A stretch of DNA of 64,000 nt from Octopus sinensis. Lineage: Eukaryota. Positions 40,236 to 54,625 of this stretch are shown here, piece by piece (within the stretch, counting starts at the first letter, position 1; each line of letters begins with the position of its first letter). The position numbers and the translations under genes are program-made. The DNA is taken from contig NC_043009.1 in NCBI RefSeq assembly GCF_006345805.1, positions 18,166,001 to 18,230,000 on the forward strand. The letters run 5' to 3'. The notes below the pieces were generated by a model. That model was not told the DNA's origin. It saw only the letters and a program-made list of their open reading frames with translations, and ran no database searches.

Positions 40236-40240
<5 letters not shown>
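38813..40240 (+). mobile_element. Second R4/Dong-like LINE, internally deleted
   Basis: N-terminal region (ELNDIIYAAATA) joined directly to MKFGLEKCAK...MKEKIKKEYYRR...INTLVVPVISYS...GGRGLIQLE...WLRSSGLRAETEGFLIAAQ. The RT core and most of the RLE are missing. Flanked by (AAT)n. Confidence 0.88.
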
Positions 40241-40292
<52 letters not shown>

Positions 40293-40293
<1 letters not shown>

Positions 40294-40702
40294 TGCCCTG
40301 ATGCAGTACCAGGCAGAGGCTCTCGTGGCTTCTCATCTTAACTGATTGGAAATGTTATCATGTACATTGTTTTGTCTTGGTATAAAAGATGGGCTACAGC
40401 AAATATTCTGCTCAATACCTTTTGAGCAGGATGGGCTATTCGACCTGGGCCTCACCTGCAAGGTCATGTGCTGTTTATCTTGATATGAAATCATGTCGCG
40501 CACATATGGTTGTTATGCATGTGCCTGGTGCACCCTTACCAGACGGGTAGTCATGGTGGGTATACTGGCTTCGTATATTTTACCCCAGTATCACTCTGAT
40601 GACATGCACTGCTCTCTCACTCAATAATGATGATGATAATATAATAATAATAATAATAATAATAATATAATAATAATAATAATAATGATAATAATAATAA
40701 TA

Positions 40703-40735
<33 letters not shown>

Positions 40736-41167
40736 TAATAATAATAATAATAATAATATGCCCTGATGCAGTACCAGGCAGAGGCTCTCGTGGCTTCTCA
40801 TCTTAACTGATTGGAAATGTTATCATGTACATTGTTTTGTCTTGGTATAAAAGATGGGCTACAGCAAATATTCTGCTCAATACCTTTTGAGCAGGATGGG
40901 CTATTCGACCTGGGCCTCACCTGCAAGGTCATGTGCTGTTTATCTTGATATGAAATCATGTCGCGCACATATGGTTGTTATGCATGTGCCTGGTGCACCC
41001 TTACCAGACGGGTAGTCATGGTGGGTATACTGGCTTCGTATATTTTACCCCAGTATCACTCTGATGACATGCACTGCTCTCTCACTCAATAATGATGATG
41101 ATAATATAATAATAATAATAATAAAATAATATAATAATAATAATAATAATGATAATAATAATAATAA

Positions 41168-41200
<33 letters not shown>

Positions 41201-41553
41201 TAATAATAATAATAATAATAATATGCCCTGATGCAGTACCAGGCAGAGGCTCTCGTGGCTTCTCATCTTAACTGATTGGAAATGTTATCATGTACATTGT
41301 TTTGTCTTGGTATAAAAGATGGGCTACAGCAAATATTCTGCTCAATACCTTTTGAGCAGGATGGGCTATTCGACCTGGGCCTCACCTGCAAGGTCATGTG
41401 CTGTTTATCTTGATATGAAATCATGTCGCGCACATATGGTTGTTATGCATGTGCCTGGTGCACCCTTACCAGACGGGTAGTCATGGTGGGTATACTGGGC
41501 TTCGTATATTTTACCCCAGTATCACTCTGATGACATGCACTGCTCTCTCACTC
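40293..41553 (+). repeat. Three tandem copies of a 330-bp deleted element with an exact 465-bp period
   Basis: Copies at 40293-40622, 40758-41087 and 41223-41553, identical apart from one G, separated by 135-nt AAT-rich spacers. Confidence 0.95.
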
Positions 41554-41566
41554 AATAATGATGATG

Positions 41567-42283
<717 letters not shown>

Positions 42284-43660
42284 CGAAAATAATCAATAAC
42301 ATATATAGCATACAAAATGTGAAATATTCAGTTATGGACGCTTCTCTCTCCTTTTTTCTCTCTCTCTCTTTTCCTCTCTCCCTCTTTTCTCTCTCCCTCT
42401 ATTCTTTCTCCCTCTTTTTCTCTAATCACGTGAAAGCGTTACCGACACGCTAAGTTACGCAATGACAAGCAGAATTATTATAAGATTAACGTTTAAATGT
42501 TATGAACAGCAATTAATTCTGCACATTTACTCCCGGTGCATCGTCCCCTAGTCTTATCTCGGAGACGATCTACACATTACTTTATTTCCCGTTCAAATCA
42601 AATCGTAAACCATTTCAATTGGGAGTGCTATAGATTAAGATACACAACTTGCAATTATCACATTAAAATTTACAAGCCGGTGTTAGATATTAAACTATAT
42701 GATATGAAAGTATAGAAATTAAGTCGCAGACTGAGATATACGAAATGTTGGTGTCAGAGAATGAGTCATGTGGTGCAGGCGTAGGTAAGTTTAGTAGAAG
42801 ACGTAGAGGTATGAGGTAGAGGTGTGACGGATTAAAACACACATCAGGTTAGTGTATCACTGATTCGAATTTAATACAAGCAGATGTTAAACTTTTTTTT
42901 CGCTTGGAGGTGCCCTACATTAAATAATGTAACTTGAGGGCAACACACAATTAAACCGAATCATTTAATTTAGGAGTTTTATTGAAAGAAGGGTTTATAT
43001 ATTATAAACACAGTCAAACAACCACACACACACACAATTCTAAATTCATGCTCAACCCCTCGCCTATACCCAACACTCTGTATCTTTTTTCCCATGCATT
43101 TGATATTTTCTCTTCCTCGTTGGATCCTATGTGTAGGGTGTATTATGTTAATGAGTATATTATGCCCCTAATCCTCTCATTATTTCAAAGGCGAGAAAGA
43201 AACGAAGAATGAAAGGTAGAAAGGAAAGAAAGAATTCATGAAAGAAAGACCAGAACACGTGCTCTGTTCATCATCTGCATGGAGGTGGAGGGGAGGGAAA
43301 GATGAATGGTAGTGGCGATTGAGTGGATAGCAAGTTCGGCATGGAAGCCGGGTGCCCGGTGGACCTGTTTGCTTGTGACAATGTGGAGTTGGTGGTTACT
43401 GGATATTTTCGTGCATATAGAGAGTGTGGCGTACATGTATGTTTCTGAATTTGAATAAATGATTTTGCGTACAGCATTTAGTGAGCGTATGTGCGTGTGT
43501 GTGTGTGTGTGAGTGTGAGTGTGTGTATGTGTGTGTTTGTGTGTATGTGTGTGTATGTGTGTGTTTGTGTGTATGTGTACATACAAACATGAGTGCATTT
43601 CAGTGTGTATGTATGTATAATTAATAGAAATTAAAACATACCTACGCACGCACATGCACA

Positions 43661-43739
<79 letters not shown>

Positions 43740-43836
43740 TAATATTTCTAAGTCTCTAAAGGAGACTACGGTAGTGGTACTGGATATATATATATATATA
43801 TATGTGTGGTGTGTGTGTGTGTGTGTGTGTGTGTGT

Positions 43837-44187
43837 GGAGGCGCAATGGCCCAGTGGTTAGGGCAGCGGACTCGCGGTCGTAGGATCGCGGTTTCGATTC
43901 CTAGACCGGGCGTTGTGAGTGTTTATTGAGCGAAAACACCTAAAAGCTCCACGAGGCTCCGGTAGGGGGGGGGTGATCCCTGCTGTACTCTTTCACCACT
44001 CTTTCTCTCACTCTTTCTTCTGTTAGCCTGCTCGCTTAGCCAGCGGGGTGACGTCATTCGAAGGCTAAAACAGTGCGAACGCATTGTGACCAGCGATGTG
44101 TAACAACATCTGATGGTCTGGTCGGTCACGTGATCACGTGATATGTATATATATATATCAGCATGGCCACAGCTCATGAGCTGAAAC
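43837..44187 (+). mobile_element. tRNA-derived SINE family C
   Basis: ggaggcgcaatggcccagtggttagggcagcggactc...ggtttcgattcc head. Ends near atcagcatggccacagctcatgagctgaaac. Confidence 0.85.
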
Positions 44188-44298
44188 TGGAATCATTCAT
44201 ATATATATATATACATATACATATGTATATGTATACATATATACATATATATACACACATATATATATATACATATTATACATATATATACACAACAC

Positions 44299-44351
<53 letters not shown>

Positions 44352-44471
44352 CATATATACATAATATATATACATATATATATACATATACATATATACA
44401 TATATATATATACATATATATATATACATATATATATATGTATATATATATACATACATATATATACAATA

Positions 44472-44521
<50 letters not shown>

Positions 44522-44540
44522 GTATATATATATGTTATAT

Positions 44541-44604
<64 letters not shown>

Positions 44605-44781
44605 ATACTATTAGGGAGTATAACTCCAAACTTACAGGGAGAAATTCAATTTAGTATTAAATCAAATTTCACAGTATAAATATATATAATATGAATTAGA
44701 GATAAAGCCACTATTATGCAAACATTGATAGACATAAACCAATACATATATAACAAATAATATATATATATATTATATATT

Positions 44782-44849
44782 CAGTGGGGCTGAACCCGGA
44801 ACCATGTGGTTGGTAAGCAAGCTACTTACCACACAGCCACTCCTGCGCC
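44782..44849 (-). mobile_element. SINE family B head fragment
   Basis: ggagtggctgtgtggtaagtagcttgcttaccaaccacatggttccgggttcagc on minus. Confidence 0.85.
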
Positions 44850-45659
44850 TATATGTTTGTGTTTGTGCTGTTTTATTTATTTTTTTTGAGAAAGTACAAA
44901 CTATCTCAGAACAATTACAATAATACGTAAAATAAATAACATGAATCCCAACATCAAAACTAATCGCCATGCGCTTCTTTTACTCATTTTTTTAGTAATA
45001 CAGGATGATCTTATTAAGGATTATCAGAATCCATCTTTGTATTCTTCTTTGTTTTGATTTTTGTCTTTTTTTTCTGATAATTATGATGATGGGAATGATG
45101 ATGATGAGAAGGAAGAAAAGGAGAAAGATTGTGGAAAGCCCTTGAGGCCAGTTGTATGATCAAACGGTTGGATGGAAATAAAAACGAAACAAAAACTGAG
45201 ACTAAAAATATTTTTTAATATTTAACACAAGGGGAACGAAACAATAGGGAATCACATGCTACAATACACAGCATTCCCAGTCATTCTTTCAACTTTATTA
45301 CTCTCTCAGTGATTATATTTTCTAAACGACTTCAGACTCATTTGGCGCCAATTTGTAACGTTTTATATACATTTTCCTTGTAGCAAATCAAACGAAAACA
45401 TTACTCCAGTTGGTGTGATCATATGGTAAAACTTTGAAGCTAAGCCTGTACAAGGAGTAGGGATTGACTTAGTGTTTGACCCGCTTTCTCCCTTCCGTGA
45501 CAAATAGATTTTAATGATCACATGAGGAAAGTGGGCGGCAATGAAATTAACAACAACACCAGAAGCAGTACCAGCTCGAGATAAAACTCAATAGATATAC
45601 TTACGCTTACGAGAGGAGAGACAGAGAGTGAGAGAAAGAAAGAGAGAGGGGCAGGAAAA

Positions 45660-47725
45660 TAGAAAGCAAAAGGTCTCGAAGGTTGTGGGCTCGTTTGAAG
45701 GAGGAGAGGGGTCGGTTAGGGAAGATGTATGAAGTGGACGGGTGGGACTGGAGATGCCGGAAGGCTCGGAGAATGGTGCGTTGGAGAGGTGGGATGGTGG
45801 GGTGGTAGGTGAGGGGGAAAACGGAGGCGGGAGACTGCAGGGCGTGTTCGGGAGGAGAGAGCAGGTGCACGGTCCACGGAACGTGCTCTGGCAAGGGCGG
45901 TGTGAATAATGGTGAGGGGATATCCATGTAGGATGAAGTGGCGAGCCATGAGTTGAGACTGAGTCTCAAAGTCATGGTCGGCACTACAGAGCCTGCGTAG
46001 ACGGAGGAATTGGGAATAGGGGATGGAAAGCTTTGTGTGTTTGGGGTGGGAGGAAGAGAAGTTTAGGTATGAGTGTGAGTCTGTGTGTTTGTAGTGGATG
46101 GAGGTGGTAAGAGTGGAGTGATGAATGCTGACCGAAATGTCAAGAAAGGAGACAGGTGTCAGAAATAGTGCAGGAGAAGTGGAGGGCAGGATGGAAAGAT
46201 TTGACAAAAGAGAGGAAGGAGTCTAGATGTTCGCGGGAGAGTGAGGTGGCACCGATACATTCGTCGATATAACGGCCATATAGTTCGGGACTGGGATCAG
46301 TGAAACTAGAGAATATTTGGGCCTCAACATAGCCAAAGAACAGGTTCGCATAGTTGGGGCCCATTCTCATTCCCATGGCCACTCCCGAGATTTGTTGGTA
46401 GAAATCGCCCGCGAACGAGAAGCAGTTTAGTGAGAGGACAAGTTCGGCCAGACGAACGAGTGTGGATGTGTCGGGTTGGGGGTTGGGTCGGAGGTCAAGG
46501 AAATATTTGAGTGCACGCAGCCCCTCGTGGTGAAGGATCATCGTGTAAAGAGAAGTTTAGAGGGACCAGGAGGGAAGGAGAAAGAGTTGAACAAACGAAG
46601 CGCGTGGTTGGTGTCATGAATGTGAGAAGGGAGAGAAGCCACTAGGGGGGCAAGGACACGGTCAAGATATTTGGAGATAAGCTCGGTGGGGCAGTTACAG
46701 GCGGAGATGATGGGGCGGACAGGGTTGTTAGGTTTGTGGATTTTGGAGAGGAAGTAAATGATGGGGGTGCGGACAATGAGGTTGGAGGTGGTGTGGGGGA
46801 GACGGGAGGAAGAGATGAGGTCATGGATAGTGGAGGACACAGTCTATTGGTAGCTGGACATGAGATCAGAGGGCAGAGGTCAGTAGAAGGAGGTGTCTTG
46901 AAGAGGTCCGCGTGCTATACCACCACGGCTCCACCCTTATCGGCCGGTTTTATAATGATGTCAGTGCGGCGTCGGAGGGATCGAAGGGCTGAGAGTTCGG
47001 CTGGAGAGATGTTGAGACGACAGGGACGCCCGCAAAAAGATCGACTGCTTGGAACTGGTCAGGAGCAGGCGTCCACTGGGATGGTCGGCGGCCCAGGTCA
47101 GTAAAGTAGTCCTCCTCGTTAGATGCGGGTGGAGTGTCGAGGAAAAGCGCTCACAACCTAACACGGTGCACAAAGCTGTGGATATCAGCACGAGTCCGAA
47201 ATTCGTTGCAGAAAGGAGTGAGGGGGATGAAACACAGACCCCTACTGAGAATGGAGCGCTCCGCCTCAGAGAGGAGAAGATCTGGGGGAATGGTAACAAC
47301 AGACTGAAGTGGAGAAGGGGTGGATGGGGTAGCGGTAGGAAGGGTGGTCGGGCTGATGGAAGGCTGGAGGGAGGGGTGGGGATGTGTAAGGGGGTTTGGA
47401 GGGACGGGGGATGGGTGTGGGTGTGGGGTGCATATCAAGGAGGGATAAGGGTAGTGGAGGAGCTGGGGTTGTGGCTTCGAGTGTGATGGAATGGAGGAGT
47501 GAGTGGAGTTTACAAAGTTTAGTGCTGGCAAGAAATTGATGATAGAGATGATTTAAAAGAATTATAGAACGCAACGTTTTGTGAGCATGGGAGGGCGAGA
47601 GAGAGGAGAAAAAGATGGAAAAAGCCGGAGGGAGAAGGCGGTCGATGGTATGTATTTTAGAGAGATTGGAGTGAATGGTGGCACGCATAAGGCGGTAGGA
47701 TGTAGTAAGGAGTATGGGTAGGATG
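45660..47725 (-). mobile_element. Penelope-like retroelement, RT pseudogene lacking the GIY-YIG end
   Basis: KIHKPNNPVRPIISACNCPTE; GVAMGMRMGPNYANLF; YGRYIDE (YIDD mutated); FLDISV; YKHTDSHSYLNFSSSHP; IPYSQFLRLRRLCS. Frameshifted; the 5' end abuts (TA)n. Confidence 0.93.
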
Positions 47726-48654
47726 GTTATATATATATATATATATATATCATTATATATATATATATAACATTATATATATCATTTAACCACGGTAGTG
47801 GTTGAATATATTCTTAAGTCCACCGTTTCGTTAATCGGAGCAGTTTCTAAGTTTCACCATTAATTCAATTCTGAACGAAATTGCAAATTGTTAATAGTTT
47901 TAAAGAGGACACTTCCTCAGCTACACTTTGACATAAAGAGTTTGAGATTTGGTTCAGTGGAAAAAAGTTACAGCAAAATATCTGCGACCTCAAGGGGGTG
48001 CAGTAAGGCAGATATTCATCTTCAATTAACATAAATTTCTAAATTTTAAATTAAAAGTATTCCTTTCTTAGGCTAAAATGATAGAAAAATGCATGAGGAA
48101 TTCAGAATCGCTAGTTGCATTGAACAAAAATTAGTAGAAAAAGAGTTATGAGGTAAAATGTTACGAAATTTCATGTCAGTAAGTAAGTAAGTGAGTAATG
48201 TTTCAGCAATAAGAATAAAGAATATATTTCTGAAATGAATATTCACTTTCTAAGTCAGTGAGCCGGCAGAAACGTTAACGCGTAGGGCGAAAAGCTTAAT
48301 GGCATTTCGGCGTGGTCGACTTTGACGTACTGATTATTTAATGATTTTTTTTTTTTTTTAACTAAACACTTTCAAACTTCCGATACTGATAGAATATGTC
48401 ACATAGGACAGGGTTTATTCTAAAAGTTTTTGACAAAATTTTGTATTTTAGAAGCGGTTTTTCGTCTGTCTTTAACGTTCTGAGTTCAAATTTCGCCGAG
48501 GTCGACTTTGCCTTTCATCCATTTCAGATCTATTCAATTAGACGTACAGATTATTTAATTAATTTGTTTTTAACTAAACACTTTCAAACCTCTGATACTG
48601 GTAGAATGTGTCAAATAGAACAGAAGATGACTTCACTGTCTGTATAACTAATGG

Positions 48655-49020
48655 CATGCCTGAAAGAGCCACCATGAACAGCAGCGACCCCCAACACAGT
48701 TCCTTGAGGCACTCCACTCTCTATGACTGTCTTCTTAGAGAGGGCTCCATTGGCTGCTACAGCCTGGCTTCTGTTTTTTGGAAAGACATGTAACCACTCT
48801 CCAAATTTTCCGGTTATGCTGAGTCTCTGTAGCTAGTGACATATCATCCCATGGTCAATCTTATCAAAGGTCTTAGAAAAGTCGAGATGTATCACAACCA
48901 AGTTTGAGCGATTCATCAATATTTTCAATACCCAGGATGCCAAAGGTGTGTAAGGCAACTTCTTCCTGAGAGGAAGCTATGCTGGGAGTCAGGGATCAAG
49001 TTATTACCTTCAAGGAACGC
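48655..49020 (-). mobile_element. CR1-clade RT fragment
   Basis: QHSFLSGRSCLT...HLDFSKTFDKIDH...SGVPQGTVLGSLLF. Confidence 0.88.
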
Positions 49021-49024
49021 AATG

Positions 49025-49157
<133 letters not shown>

Positions 49158-49166
49158 TATATATAT

Positions 49167-49200
<34 letters not shown>

Positions 49201-49216
49201 ACTATATATATATCTA

Positions 49217-50082
49217 CGAGGTGTGATCAATAAGTATCCAAACTGTTGCCATAGTAATGAGGCTGAAGCACGCACAGCGAAGCCGCTAGGAAATGATTAA
49301 ACTTGAACTCTGCTGTGCATGTGCACTAAGTTTTAACGTTCTAGCTCACTTTCGCTGCTTACAGCAGTGCATGGAACGAAAGTGTTTAGTGCCTGATTGT
49401 CGCATTGAGTGTGACAGAGAAAGTTGTCATAGTGATACCTGCTCAGAAGACTACGCAAAATTGCAGAAAGTGTTTGGAGAGGAGTGTATGAGCCGCACAC
49501 AAGTGTACGAGTGGTTCAGACATTTCCAAGATGGTCGAAAAAATGTCGATATTGACGAATGTTCTGGGAGATCCACAACCAGCAGAACTGAGAAAAACAT
49601 CGCAGATGTGCGTGCAGCTGTGAGGGGAAATTGTCGAATCACCATCCGAGAGTTATCAGAGGATATAAAGATTAGTTAGTCCATATTCACTTAAGATTTG
49701 GGTATGAGACGTATGTCTGCCAAGTTTGTCCCAAAACTGCTTTCAGCTGACCAAAAGGACGCACGGGTTTCAATTCCACAAGATCTTGATTGTGTCGAGA
49801 TCGATGAAAACTTTTTGAAAACTTTGCGTGGGCCTCTGGGCAGGTATCGCCAAGCTTTTAGCAAAATTTGATGCAGATACCCTGCTCAACTTTCTTTGAT
49901 ATGGTTAATGCGACAATCAAAACGCTACACATCTTCCTTCCAAGCACTGCTGTAAACAGCGGAAGTGAGCTAATGTGCGCATGCACAGCAGTGTTCAAGG
50001 TCAAACTATGTCAAGCGGATTCACGCGGCGTGCTTTAGTTTCGTTACTATGGCAACATTCCGAATACTTATTGATCATACTA
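49217..50082. mobile_element. Mariner derivative built from two left ends in inverted orientation
   Basis: Left arm: TIR plus HTH coding region on +. Right arm (about 49830-50082): TIR plus N-terminal coding start on -. Same family as 14200-14744. Confidence 0.85.
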
Positions 50083-50096
50083 TGTGTGTGCATATG

Positions 50097-50162
<66 letters not shown>

Positions 50163-50194
50163 CGTCCATCCATCCATCCATCCATACATACATA

Positions 50195-51472
50195 CAGGGT
50201 GCAGTGACTAAATTGTCGTCTAAATTACGCAATAATGAAAATAACTCTGACATCTCATTTTATAGGATATATTTATCGAAATTACATTAAAAATTATCTT
50301 GAAATACTAAAGAGTAAATTTATTCAATAAAATCGCCATTGGCCTTAACCATGGCCTCCAGACGAATTTGGAATTTCCTACAACTCTTCTTGACGGTCTC
50401 CTTGTTTAAGTTGGTGAATGCTGCCATAATCCTTGCCTTCAGTTCATCTTTGGTATTACAAGGAATTTTGTATGTCTCTCTCTCTCTCTCAACTGCACCC
50501 CACTCATAATAATCAAGAGGGTTGCAGTCTGGGGAGTTAGGTAGCAGATGTTAGGGGTGAAATTCTGACAGCCATGACTGGGTTCTCCTGCTTATATGGC
50601 ATGGTGCAGATTCATGTTGCGAGACATAGGATCTTCCAGCAGCCACCCTCTTGACCCAAGGCAGCCATACCTCCCCCATGCACTTGATGTAGGCTTCCGT
50701 GTTGAGTGTGAGGCTGTCTAGGAAGCTGAATGGAGACATAACGTCGTGATCACTCCAAACACCATGATATTGACTGGATGTTTGATTTTAATCACCTTCC
50801 ATACATGTTTTGAGGACACGGCAAGCCAACGGTTGTTGTGTATGGTCAACATCTGATCATGACAGAAATTTTTCTCGTCTGAGAAAAACCAAAGCATGTT
50901 TGGTTGGAGGGGATGCTTGAGTATGTCTAAAAGCTTCGTAGCGCGGTCTTTCCTCTTGTCCTTAGGATAAAAATAAATTGGTTCTTTCTCATCTTGAATG
51001 AGCATTACCGAATGCCTTCATGTACTCTCTCCCTCATAAGAAACTCAGACACTCCCATGTCCCTGGTAATGGACCAGATTGACCTGGGGGGATCATTGTT
51101 AATCATGGCCTGGATATCACCAATAAATTCAGGAGTCCTTTTCTTCTCTGAACTATCAGAAGCGAGTTTTTAGAGCTGCCGTACCTTCGTAATCCCCATT
51201 AGACTCATCCAACACTTACCGAATCCCCTGCACTGTCCTCAGATTGACACCCAAACACTCTGAAATGTCCATATTGGAGCTTCCGGTTCGAATGCCAAGC
51301 AGTACAGAATGTCATTTCCAAATTTCAGGCAGAGTGAATTGCATCATGGTGCTGTTTTTCTCACAGACAGTGACCAACTGACCCTATTATACTGTGTTGT
51401 CGATAAAAACTAACAATGCGCATGCGCGGAATTAAAAATATACGATGGCTACAATTTACCCATCACACACTG
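50195..51472 (-). mobile_element. maT/DD37D transposon, near full length and decayed
   Basis: WFFSDEKNF; YV.Q..SAPCH; PNSPDCNPLDY. Imperfect TIRs in TA context. Confidence 0.9.
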
Positions 51473-51485
51473 TATATACACAGAT

Positions 51486-51542
<57 letters not shown>

Positions 51543-51709
51543 CACCACACACACACACATATATATAGGCAAAATTCATAGCGGTCGCAAAAGTGACGTG
51601 GGGTACTGACTAGCACTGCTTAAGCTAAAATAAGAGTTAAATTAACTTCAAAGCCCCTAAAACACTATACCTAATGACTGATAAATGGAAGTAAGTCCCT
51701 AGCGTATAT

Positions 51710-51765
51710 AGCCGTATCACGATTTCGAATTTTGATGTAGACCATCTTAATTCTCATCAGCGGCT
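51710..51765 (-). ncRNA. Type I hammerhead ribozyme, structurally intact
   Basis: AGCCG-CTGATGA-GAATT-AA-GATG(GTCTA)CATC-AA-AATTC-GAA-ATCGTGAT-A-CGGCT. 5-bp stem I, canonical core, two-part stem II, self-complementary stem III, AUA triplet. Lies in a roughly 370-bp unit between CA/TA arrays. Confidence 0.88.
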
Positions 51766-51972
51766 CTTAACGCCTAGGATTAAGCTCAACTTCTTTTGTC
51801 AATCTAACAAGAAAACCGTCAAAATGTGCTGATCTTCAAAATTGAAAATGTGGCCTTTAGTTTACCATATAATAATGAAATTATTGTATACAGTGCTCAG
51901 GTGCACTTATATCTAATAAGCCACCTTTAATTTGTTATAATATATAGATATATATATATATATATATATATA

Positions 51973-52017
<45 letters not shown>

Positions 52018-52119
52018 GTATGTGTGTGTGGTGTGTGTGTATATATATAAACATATATACACGTATAATATAAATACATATAAATATACATAATATATAC
52101 AATATATATACATATATAT

Positions 52120-52165
<46 letters not shown>

Positions 52166-52385
52166 ATATTATATAATATATATATAACATATACATATAT
52201 ATAAGGGTATATTGCTTACAATAATATCAAGTGGCATAGAATGCGCAAAAAAATATTGTATGGTAAAAAAATCATTTATAAGGTTGCTAAAGTAGCACCC
52301 TTAATTATTAATTTACACGCACACACACACATCTATACATATTAATGGGTGTGTACATAAATATATTTTTTGTCTGTATATATAT

Positions 52386-52416
<31 letters not shown>

Positions 52417-52432
52417 GTTCTTTTATTGGTTT

Positions 52433-52819
52433 ATTCTTTTACTTGTTTCAGCCATTTGACTACATCCATGCTGGAGCACCACCTTAAAGGGCTTTCAGTT
52501 GAACAAATCAACCCAACGACTTACTCTCTGTGAGCCTAGTACTTATTCTATCGGTTTTTTCTACCGATCCCCTAAATTATGGGGGCACAAACAAACCAGC
52601 ATCGGTTGTGAAGACAAATACAGATAAACACACAAACATATAAATATACATATACGACAGGCTTCTTTCAGTTTCCGTCTACCAAATCCACTTTTGACGA
52701 GGCTTTGGTCGGGCGAGGTTAAAGCAGAAGACACTTGTCCTAGGTGCCACGCAGTGGGACTGAACCCAGAACCATGTGGTTTCTAAGCAAGCTACCTACC
52801 ACACAACCACTCCTACGCC
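52433..52819 (-). mobile_element. SINE family B
   Basis: Head and tail recognisable on minus. Confidence 0.88.
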
Positions 52820-53404
52820 TATGGTGAAGGATTCTTCGTTGATGAAGTCTTTAAAAATGACATTCTACCATTTCAGAATATACTTCGAAAGAGTTAATAA
52901 TAGGCCAATGCTGCCCCCTGCAACCAATGAGACGGCAGACACGTGTCCTTTGTAATGTTCTGCAAGATAAATATATTGAACAGCAGTAAAAGCTTATTGC
53001 TGAGTTCTATTCTATAAATATGGGTGTAATATGGGCAGCAAGTAACGCCACTATAGCTGCAGAAATATCAGATTACTAACCAAAGGTATTACCTTATTCC
53101 TGGCACAGTTCCGGGGCTGCGGCCATGCTGGGGTACCGCCTTGAAGGGTTATAGACGAACAAATCTACCCTAGTTGTTAAGCGGTAGAAAATAGTAACAT
53201 ACACAGGCATACACACACACACATACACACACACACATACACACACATATGGAGAGGTAGTCGGAGGAGCCCCCTCACAGTTTCCATCGATCAAATTCAC
53301 TAACAGGGCATTGGTCTAGCCAGGGCTGTAGTAGAAGACAATTGTCTAGGTGCCGCGCAGTGGTATTGAACCCGAAACCACTTCGTTGTAAAGCGAGTTA
53401 GTAC

Positions 53405-54287
53405 TTTAGTGTGTGCAGTCAATGGAAGGATATCTTTGCAGTGGGACAAAATAGAGACACAAACTCCTGCAGGAAATACATACTATTGGGACCTGTGTCT
53501 GAACATGTCAAAGTGCTGTCATCTGCCTGTCGGCTCTACTCCTGCAACTCAACTTGATTTCGAGCCGGGTCGTCTGCTGCTGGAGAGGACCGATCAGGTA
53601 AAGGACCTAGGTATCTTGGTGGATTCCTCCTTTTCGCCTTCGGCCCAGTGCGTCCATGCTGCCAACAAAGCACGCGGAATTCTGTTCTTGATTCGACGGT
53701 CATTCGGAATGCTCACAGCAGCCATATTCCTAACCCTCTATGTCACGCTGGTGAGAACCCATATTGGAGTATGGGATCAAGCCTCTTCTCCTTATCTCCT
53801 ATCAAAGACATACAGCATCTCGAAGAGTCCAGAAGCTGCTAACCCGCATGGTTCATGGTCTCAAAAATTTTGTCCTACGAAGAAAGGCTGAGAACGCTCG
53901 ACCTTATTCTCTTGAAAAACGCCGCCGCCGTGGTGATCTCATTCTCGCCCACAACATCATAAGCGGAAAGTGTAACCTCTCGAAAGAGCTGTTCTTCACT
54001 CCTGCTCCAGAGCGTCGGCTGCGGGGTCATTCCGAAAAGCTCTACCTGCGACGATTTCATCTCAATCAAAGGAGAGGAGCTTTCTCCGTCCGGGTTGCGG
54101 ATCCGTGGAACAAGCTGCCAGACGAGATGGTGAAGATGCCCGACGACCGCTTTGTTCAAAGCCTCCCGTGACCTCAAGTGGCCTGAACTCTTTACATGAA
54201 CACCACCCTGTACTTACTCCATGTCCCCTATGCCTACATGGCTTGTATTGCTTTGAGCCAAATAACTAACTAACTAACTAACTAACA
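53405..54287 (+). mobile_element. CR1-clade LINE 3' fragment with a (TAAC)n tail
   Basis: VKDLGILVDS...LYVTLVR.HMEYG...YSLEKRRRRGDLI...FSVRVADPWNKLP. Ends ataactaactaactaactaac. Confidence 0.92.
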
Positions 54288-54380
54288 TACTGAAGCCCTT
54301 AAATCTTACTTATGTATTCCGCGTATGATATACATTGTGGAAGACACATATCATTAACAGCTGCTTCATGTCTTATAAGT

Positions 54381-54625
54381 GGAGGCGCGTAGCTTAGTGG
54401 TTAGAGTGTCAGCACCATGATCGATTCCTGGTTTCGATTCCTGGACCGGGCGACGCGTTGTGTTCTTGAACAAAACACTTCATTTCATGTTGCTCCAGTT
54501 CACTCAGCTGGCAAAAATGAGTAACGCTGCGATGGACTGGCGTTCCGTCCAGGTGGGGAACACATGCCATAGAAACCGGGAAACCGGGCCCATGAGCCTG
54601 GCTAGGCTTTAAAGGGTGCATTTAT
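54381..54625 (+). mobile_element. tRNA-derived SINE family D with TSD
   Basis: A box tagcttagtgg, B box gtttcgattcc. Near-perfect 15-bp TSD ttcatgtcttat(a/t)ag at 54365-54379 and 54640-54654. Confidence 0.88.

Noticed and set aside
47330-47470. G-quadruplex-like G runs
   Set aside because: They are the antisense of the Pro/Thr-rich linker codons of the Penelope element; no independent evidence of function.
52895-53025. Two CCAAT boxes, an E-box and a TATA-like word
   Set aside because: Short motifs expected by chance in AT-rich DNA, with no downstream gene identified.
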